Shown here: positions 25,188 through 35,630 of the stretch, piece after piece
How positions within the stretch are numbered: position 1 is the first letter of the stretch
Layout of the letters: each line of letters starts with the position of its first letter
Assembly: GCA_013239625.1 (NCBI GenBank)
Contig: MU053652.1
Location: forward strand, 620,001-684,000
Origin: Lama guanicoe
Lineage: Eukaryota
DNA length: 64,000 nucleotides
Reading direction: 5' to 3'
Made by a program: the position numbers and the translations under genes
The notes under the pieces: model-generated
Seen by the model: the letters and a program-made list of their open reading frames with translations, nothing else
The model's database searches: none
Told to the model about the DNA's origin: nothing

Positions 25188-26950
25188 AAATGGAACATTA
25201 CTGAGCCATAAAAACAATGAAATAATGCCACTGACAGCAGCACGGATGAACTTAGAGATTATCATACTAAGAGAAGAAATTCAAAAAGAGAAAGACAAAT
25301 ATCATATGATATTATTTATATGTGGAATTTAAAATATAATACAAATGAAATTATTTACAAACCAGAAACAGACTCACAGACATAGGAAACAAACGTATGG
25401 TAACCAAAGGGGAAAGGGCTGAGAGGGATAAATTAGGAGTTTGGGATTAGCAGATACAAACTACTACATACACATAAACAACAAGGACCTACTGTATAAC
25501 ACAGGGAACTATATATTCAGTATCTTGTAATAAACTATAATGGAAAATATGAAAAAGAATACATATATGTATAACTGAATCACTTTGCTGTATACTAGAA
25601 ACTAACACAACATTGTAAATTAAGTATATTCCAATTTTAAAAAATTAAAAATAAATAAAAAAGAAAAACGAAACAGCAGCAATAGAAGTAACCACCACCA
25701 CTGCCATAAGAGCAACATGGCACTTCACCGTGTATCCTTTCTAGTAAGTACACAGTTTTCCTGATACTATGGACTATGTTACTTTCAACAGTCATTGCTT
25801 CTAGGTGTGTTCACTCCAGTGCATTCCAATACTATATAAAATTTTTTAAACAACAGGTCTTAATATATAGTAATAATAGTATTTCAGAAAACTGAGCGAG
25901 TAGCAATTTGGAATTAATCTGACTTAGGGCTGGGAGAAATCTCAGACCTTCATAGCAAATAAAATGCTTCTGGAAGATTCACTACACTCATCCCATTTAT
26001 GTCACTTCTACTACAGGTCTAGAGATGGAGGGGCTTTCCTAAGTACTGCTTGAAACAACGTATCTTTTGTCTTGATACACCCGAGTCCTAAGCCTCCCCA
26101 GGTGGAGATGTACTGGTATAATGTCCTTCTTCTGAACCTCTGACTTTCTCTCCTCAACATATTTCTTCCTCTCCTTCTTTATGCTTTGTCTTTCTCCAAA
26201 ATGCTTCAGGAAGACTCTCTTTAGGAAAGAGAGAATTCTGTCCTGACGTACAAGAACCATGGTAGAATTTATTGCTGTCACTTTGGCAGCTGAATGAGGA
26301 ATTATGGGGAAAATGGGATGTATCTCTGTGACTGTGAAATTTTTTAGAAACAGACGAAAAGATTTCAGCATTCTGTTTGAATTCTCTCTGTATGAACCTG
26401 TGTGGACTGTTACAATTCGATTTTGCTAAAGTTTCCCCTTCAAAAATCAGCACTGAATTAGAGTTACCAGAGAACCTATGGACCTCAACACTGAATGCCA
26501 AGACCAAATTTTACTGAAAGGCAAAGTATCTGACACAGAAAAAAAGCATTTCCCCTCACTGGCACATCTGCATGGAACTGAGCCTCTGGCAGAGATGCAC
26601 TTTGGCTCAGTGGGTCAAAAAGACGCTAGGTAGCAACTTGGACAGTGGGAAAATTAATGATGAGTAAACCACTGAAGGAATCTGTGACTTAATTAGTCAG
26701 GCTACAATTTTTTGAATTAAAAATTTGAATATTACTTCACCTACAATAAGGTTTTAAGGTAATACTTAACTAGCAAAATAACTGAGGCTCTCTATATAAT
26801 TTGGAATTGGCAATTATCCTAAAAAAGAGCTTTACTATGTTAAAAACAAAACAGTGAAAAATCAGTCTATCTAGGATTTTTCTAGATTAATTAAAAAGCT
26901 AAAAAAAGAATCAAAAAGTTAAAATAAAGGCTTTGAGTTGGAATGCACAT

Positions 26951-27025
26951 TTTTTATTGATTTATAATCATTTTACAATGTTGTGTCAAATTCCAGTACA
27001 GAGCACAATTTTTCAGTTATACATG

Positions 27026-27061
<36 letters not shown>

Positions 27062-27115
27062 TTGTCAAATTTTTTCTCTGTGAGTTACCATAAGATCTTG
27101 TATATATTTCCCTGT
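26951..27115 (-). mobile_element. Very short young L1 3' UTR insertion, same family as 11531-12000
   Basis: Reverse complement aligns by eye with 11837-11987; TSD GGAATGCACAT at 26940-26950 and 27116-27126. Confidence 0.88.
27029..27058. repeat. (AT)15 microsatellite
   Basis: Perfect dinucleotide run inside the short L1. Confidence 0.95.
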
Positions 27116-27369
27116 GGAATGCACATATATTTAAAAAAAAAACCCAGACAAGTAAACATGTAACATAAGAAATATTTTCTTACTATTTGCTACCTTACCA
27201 CGAACAGCAATAATATGCCTTTCAGAGGGCTGAGATGTTTTTAAAATAACATTTGCCCCCTCATTACAGCAGTTAGAAAGTTTTTTTTTATATTGAATGA
27301 GTCTTTAAATTCTACAGTGCTTTACAATTTTCAAAAGTTTCACATATGTGATTTCATAGGATCCTGTAA

Positions 27370-27493
27370 TAACCCTTTCCTCACCCCCATTCTGTGTTGC
27401 CCCTCTCCCCACTGGTAACCATTAGTTTGTTCTCTGCGTCTGTGAGTCTACTTCTTTTTTGTTTTATTCACTAGTTCCTTGTATTTTTTAGAT
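27370..27493 (-). mobile_element. L1 3' UTR fragment
   Basis: 'ccccactggtaaccattagtttgttctctgcgtctgtgagtct...tattttttagat'. Confidence 0.75.
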
Positions 27494-27959
27494 AGAAATA
27501 TTCTACTAACATAATTGGAAAATAGGAAAGAAAGAAGTAAACACATTCATTGGACAAATATTTATTGCAGGGACATCCCCTGCCAGACACTCGGCACTGG
27601 ACACAGGACGCACAATGGTGGAAAAGACAAGCACGGGACCTTTCTCATAAAACTTCCATTCCAGAGGAAGACAATCAAAAACCAAGTAAACAGACCAATA
27701 AAAAAATCGTGTACTGTGGTAAGTACCTCAAATTTACAAAAATAAACAAGGATTAATAGGAGGCAATGGTTCTAAAATAAACCACAATTTTGGTTTATTT
27801 TATTCTAGTCTCTTTTAAAACGTTTAAAAACGTGTTTGTTCTTTCTGGTTGTAATCATGTCACTTTATATCCTATTTCTTTCATGTAAAGTTCTCTTGCA
27901 AACATTTTCTGTATCATTAAAGGCCTTAAGAATGAAATTTTAATAAGTTATTATTCTAT

Positions 27960-28200
27960 ATGCTAACATTTCCAGAGCACTGTATACAAGGCACTTTCTG
28001 TATAGCTAGCTCACTTAATCTTCATAATATGTCTGTAACATAGGACTTCTATTATCCTTGTTTTATAGATAAAAAATAAGACAGTAAGTTTAACTAACTT
28101 ACTGAAGATTGCATAGTTAATTTAAAGCATATCTAAGATTCAAACCAGGCAGTTGGACTTTCATCTAAGCTTTTATCACAAAATTAAACTATACTGCCTC
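27960..28200 (-). mobile_element. MIR SINE
   Basis: 'gctaacatttccagagcactg...tattatccttgttttatagat...gattcaaaccaggcagttggact'. Confidence 0.65.
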
Positions 28201-28500
28201 AATGGGTGCATAATATTCCATCACTTTTATTTGGTACTTGGTATACAAACTTTTTATAGGGTGAAAATGAGAACAACAAAGATTAAAAAAAATATGGAGG
28301 AACAACAGAAGGAATAAATACAGGGGGAAAAAGCAGAGAAGTAGAAAAAAATTTTCCTTGGGATGTCTAAATAAAATAAGTCAAGAGGGAAGAGGAAAAT
28401 GAACTTTCAGAAGTTATCCTTGAGGCAAATTTCTCAACGCATCTAATCTAGAAGTGACTGTGTATTTAGAATAACTTTTTTTTTTCCAAGTTAAAGAACA

Positions 28501-28670
28501 GGGGCTGGAAGGTATAGCTCAGTGGTAGAACACATGCTTATTAGCATGCATGAGGTTCTGGGTTCAATCCCCAGTACCCTCCATTAAAAAAAAAAAATTT
28601 TTTTTTTTTTACAAACAAATACACCTAATTACCCCCCACCCCAACAAAAACCAAAAACCAAACAAAAAAG
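28501..28670 (+). mobile_element. tRNA-derived SINE, vic-1 type
   Basis: 'ggaaggtatagctcagtggtagaacacatgctt...gaggttctgggttcaatccccagtacc' and an 'acctaattacccccc' 3' part. Confidence 0.9.
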
Positions 28671-29000
28671 TTTAAAGTAAAGGTAAAAAGCTTATTTTGT
28701 ACTACTTTCTTAATGAAAGCATCAGCTGGAACCTTCTCAACATTTGAAATTGTGGGCAATCAGCAGCAAAGATTTCAGCCATCAGATGTGCTCAGGCTTA
28801 GCTGCTTTTACACTAATCTAAGGAGTGCCCAAGATCTTCTGAGGGTCTTGACACCACCTTATAAAAGTGACAGACCCATCTTCCATCAGGACTGATTTTA
28901 CTTGCTGGAAGTTTCACATGTACCAGAGATTCACATAAGTAAACCCACCAGTGCCGAAATAATACACAACCATTTGTAATATTAAGAATTATTAACAACA

Positions 29001-29135
29001 GTGGGGAGGGTACAGCCGAGTGGTAGTGCTGCTGCCTAGCATGCACAAGGTCCCAGGTTCAATCCCCAGTACCTCAATACCCAGGTTCAATCCCCAGTAA
29101 AAAATTAGGAAAAACCTAATTACAACCCCCACCAA
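29001..29135 (+). mobile_element. tRNA-derived SINE, vic-1 type, with internal B-box duplication
   Basis: 'ggggagggtacagccgagtggtag...cccaggttcaatccccagta' with the last 20-mer present twice; TSD-like aattattaacaaca (28987-29000) and aattattagcaata (29136-29149). Confidence 0.85.
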
Positions 29136-30774
29136 AATTATTAGCAATAATTCTCACCAAAGCTCTAGTTGTACCTATGACTCCTCATCTTACTTTTCAA
29201 TGCCTTTGTGTGTATATGTTTTGATTCAACAGTCTCTCACCCCCACACTCCAGCATCACTACCATTAATTAGATTTTAGTTTACTGAGTAAAGATCACAC
29301 ATTTCATCTTCCCCTAGAGTTTTTTTTTTTAAGCTTCAAGTAAAAATGATAATGTAATAAACGAGTTAGGAGCTTGTGCTTTGAAATTAGACTGTCCTGG
29401 ATTCAAGTCTTGGCTCCATTACTCACTTTTGATTTACCAGTTGGGGGTGGGAGGGGAGGATGTGTGCATAACGTTTATTCTATTATTTCTTGCACCTAGG
29501 GAATCTTCTCTAATGCTTTGTACAAAGCAGGTGCTCCATAAATATTTTCATATTATATTTCACCATATCTAAATTTTCTCTGTATAACAAGATCTAACTT
29601 TTTTTCTTTTTTTTTTCCTCTAGGAAATATGTACTTGGCAGATGTTTAACAACTACGTATCAGCAGTGAATGAAATGATGTTGGTACATAATTTGGTTGT
29701 AAAGTTTATAAAGTGTTTTGGACTGACAGAAATAGTGCAAATGAAGGCTGGAAATGGACATAGAACATGAAATATCTCTCTCGCTAACCTATCTTTTCTC
29801 CTTAGATTTATCTCTTCCAAACCAGGGATTTCTCTGGCGTTTTTCCTTCCCCTAAGAGGCTGACATACGGACCTCATGCAGCTGTCAGAAACAGGGTGGC
29901 TCCCATTTATTCAGGACTTCCAGCATCAAGGCACAAAAAATGTCAAAGCAGCTCACAACCAAAGATTAGAATCAATCACCTAATGTGGACAGCTTGTTCA
30001 TTAAGGCCGGATACACGTACAGGCACAACTGATCCCTGTCAATTATGGACACAAGGAGCTCTGGCCAAAGTATGGTAGACAGACGGTTTTGAGTTATTTC
30101 ATGGTTTTGTAAAGGATGGCATCTAATTTCCAAAAAGATCCTGTTTCTGGGAGAAATTCATCCACTGTCTTCCTCTGGAGCTTTGATACAGGACATGTCA
30201 CAGTGCTTCTGAGTGGGCTTCTGCCAGTGGTGCAAAAACTGATGACATGAAACAGGTACCAACAATGGCACAGCTGCTAATGGGTGCATTTAAATCAACG
30301 TCTATTCTTCCCATGCCATCAGGCAAAGCCCCTTTGACTGCCTCTAAAACAAATACTGCTTAATTTGATTTCCTGCCTGGCCTTGTATAATTTTGACATG
30401 TCCTCAGTCAAACACAACCCAGTCCTTCAATCAGGCCCTATTTTTCTGGAGATGGGAAAACAAGAGGACGCTAAAGTAATTATTGAAAACTCATAAGCAG
30501 CAGCTTTAGCCTAATTACCTTGACTTTCCTTTTTAATTTTTCCATCGATTGTCTCTTGTTAATATACAAGTATTGACTGAGCTGGTAGAGCCTGGTGCTA
30601 CTATGATAAGAACAGGTGCTGCTGGGAAGCCAAACGTCATTAGCAGACCCAGCGTTCTGGTCTTCTTTTTCCGAAGCTCACGCGTACACACAGACTGGCT
30701 TGAGACCCTCTTACAAATCAGCAGCAGCACCTACACAGAATCTTTGTTCAACGCCTTTGCTGTCTGTTGTGACT

Positions 30775-30793
30775 TTGCCACCAGGGGGCAGCT
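30775..30793 (+). promoter_or_regulatory. CTCF binding motif
   Basis: TTGCCACCAGGGGGCAGCT closely matches the CTCF core consensus TGGCCACCAGGGGGCGCTA; lies in repeat-free sequence. Confidence 0.7.
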
Positions 30794-32754
30794 GGGAAAA
30801 AGAAAAACAGCCCCTTTTTCCTTTGTTCCTCTTCTGATGTTAAAATAGTATGTTGCTCTTATTTTCAGCACATTATCTACTAGAACTCCTGGATCAACAA
30901 TTCCAGGGGCGACGAGCGACCCAGGAATGAAGGTGACATCCTTTGGGGCTGCATCTGTTGCCTTTTAAATGCTGTTGTATTTAACGTTTCAACTTGAAAA
31001 TACCTAAGCAATATTGGGTGAGCTGCCCTGCATATTAATGGATCATTGACAAATGCTTTTAAACAGCTTCCTACTCCTTTGTCAGGGAGAAATGTGAAAT
31101 TTTCTTGCTGCGGAATATGAAACTCACTTAAAAAAATAATTATTTCTAAACCACTTTAAACATTTCAGTTTCTCATACATCTAAGTTTTCTAGAGCATTA
31201 ATAACATGTTGCAGGTTGAGAGTCTTAAACTGCTATCAAAGCGTACCTCACTATTGCAGCCGCAATTCAGTAACGTTATATGGAAGTCAGTTTTCTTAGG
31301 AGCCAAGGAAACCCTGGTAAACCAGGGTGTTGTGATGCATTCTGCTTTATTTCACCTTTTAAAGCAACTCTAAGAGAAAACAAAGCAAGTAGGAGCAAAT
31401 AGCAATGCTACAATAATCAGAAATACCTAACAGGGAGTTCTTAAAAAATAAACCCTGTACACAAATTCTATTACATATTCCAGAAGGAAAGACACATTTT
31501 TTGAGAAGGACTGATAATAGCCATAAAAACCAAGTGAGTGGTGCAAAATCTAAGAAGCATGGAAGACAGTGATAGAAGGAAGCCAATGGATCCAAAGGAA
31601 AAAAATGAATGAAACAATCATTAGACTAAGGAAGAGGGTTAAGGACTGGTACACTGTTGAAACAGTGCACTGAATAGTAGAAGCAGTAGCCAAAGTAGCA
31701 GAAATAGTTTAGTTCCCATAAAGCATATTATAACAACAAAGGTACATCACCTATAATAAAGTAACAAGTTCACAGACTTTGGGGGACAGCTAGTGAAAGG
31801 GCAAATGGATTTCTATTAAAACAACTTCATCAAACCCAGAGGGCACCACTGTCATCAGCAAGTCACAGGCATAAACATACCATCAATTCCTATGAACATA
31901 CCAGCAAACAATTAATTGGAAGGAACTGAGAACAAAGTCATACTATAAACCATATGTTGTGGTACATAACAACATCAGAGAAGATCACAGAGATTCACCC
32001 ATTATATAGGTTTCAAACATGCTTTAGTGAAAGATCGGTTCAGGAAACTTATACAATATTTAAGATTCAGAAATGAAAGTTGAAATATCTTTAGGATTTT
32101 TGAATTAATGAATTCTAAAGAGTAATACTGAGATCTGCATACTGCTGGATTAGGACACTTAGACAATATTTCAGCAGTTCAGCAAATATTTTCTGAGACC
32201 GGGCAGTGCAATACAAGGACAGATATGACCTGGTCTTTCTCTCTACAAAGGTCATTGGTGGGGAGAAACCCACAAACAATTACGATACAGTGTGACAGGA
32301 ATGATCATCTTAGGAACAAGATGTTAAGCCAGCCAAAGAAAGATGTCTTTTGTTTGTTTGTTTTGTTTTTTAATGTTGTATTTAAGGCATATCTTTAAAC
32401 TGTATTTGAAATAACCATCAGCAGGACTGGAGCAGTGTGTAAAGAGAGGCCCTGGCATCCTCAGGTCAGTCCAGGCTTCAAGTGGGGAGGGACAAAGCAG
32501 TGTTGCTAAGGGAAGATTCATGTTTACAAAGACAAGGATGAGAAGAGGGAACGATCGCTGGGAGGCAACTCTAGGAGACAAAGGGAAAGGCAGGCAAAAT
32601 GAAAGGAAAAAAGGGAGTCATCTTCCAGAAACTGAGTTCAGTTTCTTAGCTCTTATCAACATCCTCGTCATGGTGTAATAGAAGGAGCTATGGATTTGTT
32701 CTCACGTGACTTGGATTGAAGTCCCGGCTCCACTATTTACTATGTATGTGACTG

Positions 32755-33720
32755 TTTCAACCAGGACTCTTTCAGCTAGAAGTAATAGAAAACTGACTGA
32801 AAGTGGTAAACAGTTGGGGTTTCACTGTAAGAAACAGAAACCCCTCTAGTTATTCTAAGCAGAAAGAGACGTAATGTAAGATACTTGGTGCTTATGGTTT
32901 CATAGGAAGGACTGGTGGAGCTGGGTCGAAGCTGGGTTTCCAGGAATTATTCAAAAGTGACTTTAAAGCACTGACCCACTAGAGGAACTATTACACCTGT
33001 CACTACTAGGAAAGTGAAGAAGTAAGAGGCTGCTGAGGCTACAGTTACCTCTGGAGAGCCATGAACCTAGTGAGTGACTTTAAATATTGTTACAAAATTA
33101 CCAACATCTTCATTCTTGCTCCCAGAAGACAGCCAAGCCACAAAAAATAATCTTCACCTCAGCTGCCCCTTCCCAGTGTCACATGAATGCACCTAATAGG
33201 AAAGAACTTAATTCATCCCCCAAATTCTGCTGCAGGGAGCTCAGGAAATGAACTCATGAAGGCAAACCAGGAGGAGCTGGAAATGTTTTCTGAGTGTGAA
33301 GCCGCCAGGTTGAAAAGTCGATTAAACAATACAAATAATGATTGGCATTCATGACAAGACTTCCAAAGGCAGGGCAGTTTCAAAATTAGTTAATTACAGT
33401 GTTATGAAGGACTCAAGATCATTCCGTTTTTCTGTTGTTTATCCTCAGAGGCTTGTCCCTTTCTGATTGCCAAATGGCTGCCACAGTTTTAGGTAACACA
33501 CGTACGTTTGACAGTGTCGACAGAAACAAATGGGCCTATTTCTTTCCATTATCTTTTAATCAAAGAAAACCTTTCCCCAACTGCCTCAGAAGACTTTCTC
33601 TCAGACTTGCTGAATAGAACTGTATTATTTATCCATGGCCCGGACCATCACTGGCGAAAGAAACAGCATTAGCCAGACTGGCCAAGATAAATCATAATGT
33701 ACCCCAAGGGGCAGGAAGAA
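32755..33720 (-). mobile_element. Old MaLR LTR (MLT1J/K/L-like), apparently split by another old LTR at about 32810-33310
   Basis: 'caggactctttcagctagaagtaatagaaaact', 'caaatggctgccacag', 'aaaacctttccccaactgcctcagaagacttt'; inner 'gaaacagaaacccctctagttattctaagcagaaag' resembles LTR78/79. Confidence 0.45.
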
Positions 33721-34758
33721 AGACGCTTCCCTGAGCATGTGGCCTTGTGCAGAGAACTTGCCTGTGACACTAGGAAGATGGGGGTGGCTATGGAGGGGTA
33801 GGAAATTCAGGTGCCAACAAGCTGTTCATAGTCAAACGCTATCTTGCTTTCCTCAATTCTAACACAAGGAAGTTACTACCTGCCTCCTGACCTAACGGGC
33901 CATCACTCCTATGGTAACCTGCCAGCCAAGGGGGCCATCATTCCAGAAAGCTCAAGGGAAGTAACATGTGTAAAACCTCTGCAGGCAACGTGAGATGTCA
34001 TCAGTATTAGTACAGGGTGGAGTGAGAAAGGAGACTTTTGTTCTCAGAAACTATCACCCTCTCCAGATAGTGTTAATTGAAAGGGCAAATAATTGTCTTG
34101 AGGAAAAGCAATTTGCTGAGATGAGTGTTTTTGAAGCGTTTTATACTGTCATTATGGAAAAGAGGGCTAGATTCTATCTGAAGAAAGACAATCAATAAAC
34201 CATAAAACTGCCCAACACTATTGGAGTGTTTCCAGAGAGAGAACTTTTTTTGTTGCTATTAAGAGAGACTCTCTTGAGCAGTGTCGCTCTGTTGATGAAG
34301 CAATGATGTTTATGAAGCATGTGAAGCATTATCCCAGCAGGTAATAATGGATCAAGAGCCTGAAGATTAGAGGACAGGACTTACTAGTAATGAACATGCT
34401 AACATCCATGCAGGCTCGGTATAGACAATGTGTGGCTAGTTGCAAATTTCATAGTCCTGGAGTTTTCAAAGGGTCATACCTGTTGCTTACAGGTACAAGC
34501 TAAAGCGTATCAATCCCTCCTGCCAAGTTCAAACTCTTTTGGTACATGTAATTTCCAATTTTTGGTACATTTCATTTCCTATGGTTTTGTGAGGGTAGCA
34601 AGGATAATTGCCTACTAATATTCTTATATAATTTTTCTGCTTATGAAAGTTCACTGAATCAAATTACATTGTAATATGAAATATTATTACAGAATTGATC
34701 TCATAAACTAATGATGAAACTTCTAAGGAATCTTCTCCCCTAATATTCTCATTTATTT

Positions 34759-34892
34759 ACTCTTTTGTTTAGTTTTGTTCGGGGGGGGTAATTAGGTTTG
34801 TTTGTTTATTTTTAGAGGAGGTACTGGGGATTGAACCCAGGACTCTGTGCATGCTAGGCATGCACTCTACCACTTGAGCTATACCAACCCCC
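34759..34892 (-). mobile_element. tRNA-derived SINE, vic-1 type
   Basis: 'gaggtactggggattgaacccaggactctgtgcatgctaggcatgcactctaccacttgagctatacc'; TSD-like ctcatttattt/ctcattaattt. Confidence 0.9.
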
Positions 34893-35106
34893 CTCATTAA
34901 TTTTCTCTTCTTTTTACCACATTAGAATCTTACACCTTCAAATACAGTGGGCCATTATGTAGGAGTCTCAGTAAGCATGCAGTTATATCTACTGGTTATG
35001 CCTAGAATTTTATCGTATAGATGTTACGAGACGGCTGGACGAAGCTTTGACCTGTAGAACATTACCTTCCTGAAATGACAGAGAAGTGAAGCAGAAGGCT
35101 GATTTG

Positions 35107-35630
35107 TTACATGGTAGCTGTGTAATGTGCCAACTTGGCCAAGCAAAACTGCATTTCCCTGAATTCCTTCGCTGTGTTTCCGGTTAGGGAGGGCTACAAG
35201 AGACATTTTTGCTAGAGATTTGTGGGGTGGAAGTGAAGCTGTATCCTCCGTGTTTCACAGTTTCAGGGGGTTGGGCTTGTAGTGTTGATGCCAGTCAACT
35301 CCTCGGCGTGGGGCATGGCAACTACTCCATCTTCCCTTGGACCCTCTTACAGCCTCTCTGACTCCTATCTCAGAGTGATGAAGGGGGACAACTTCTCCTA
35401 TAAACTCGTATCATCGGGGTTGGAGACAGGGAGAACTCACACGAAGTCCAGCCCATTTTCATGAGTTCTAACTTGCCCACAATATCCTTTACTTTATATC
35501 CCTCTCTCCTCCTTCTGGACTGTATGTCCAGCAGACTTCAAATTACAGTACAAGCTGTAAAAAACTGTTCACCCAGAGCCCACAACTGCATAAGATCAAG
35601 TCCCTGTAACAAATTTTACTGTATGCGTGT
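35107..35630 (+). mobile_element. Old ERVL-class LTR (LTR41/LTR52-like)
   Basis: 'aacttggccaagcaaaactgcatttccctgaattcc...tttccggttaggg' and 'caactgcataagatcaagtccctgtaacaaat'. Confidence 0.55.

Larger units (their letters stand above)
24365..25665 (+). mobile_element. L1 ORF2 3' end plus 3' UTR (older host element), with a nested L1 at 24421-24671
   Basis: 'atttctccaaagaagac...cacatgaaaagatgctcaacatcactaatt...ccatatgatccagcaatc...aagtgtccatcgacagatgactggataaagaagatgtgg', 3' UTR and A-rich tail. Confidence 0.9.

Noticed and set aside
26039..26507. Two overlapping minus-strand ORFs of 110 and 117 aa in non-repeat sequence
   Set aside because: No recognisable domain, and no convincing flanking splice sites or start context
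30239..30256. CTGATGA-CAT-GAAAC, a second hammerhead-like box pair
   Set aside because: A 3-nt spacer cannot form stem II, and no substrate strand was seen
30519..30545. Resemblance of MEKLKRKVK to short basic stretches of known proteins (e.g. RKVK in the FCHSD2 N-terminus)
   Set aside because: Too short and low in complexity; no other exon supports any gene name, so no symbol was assigned
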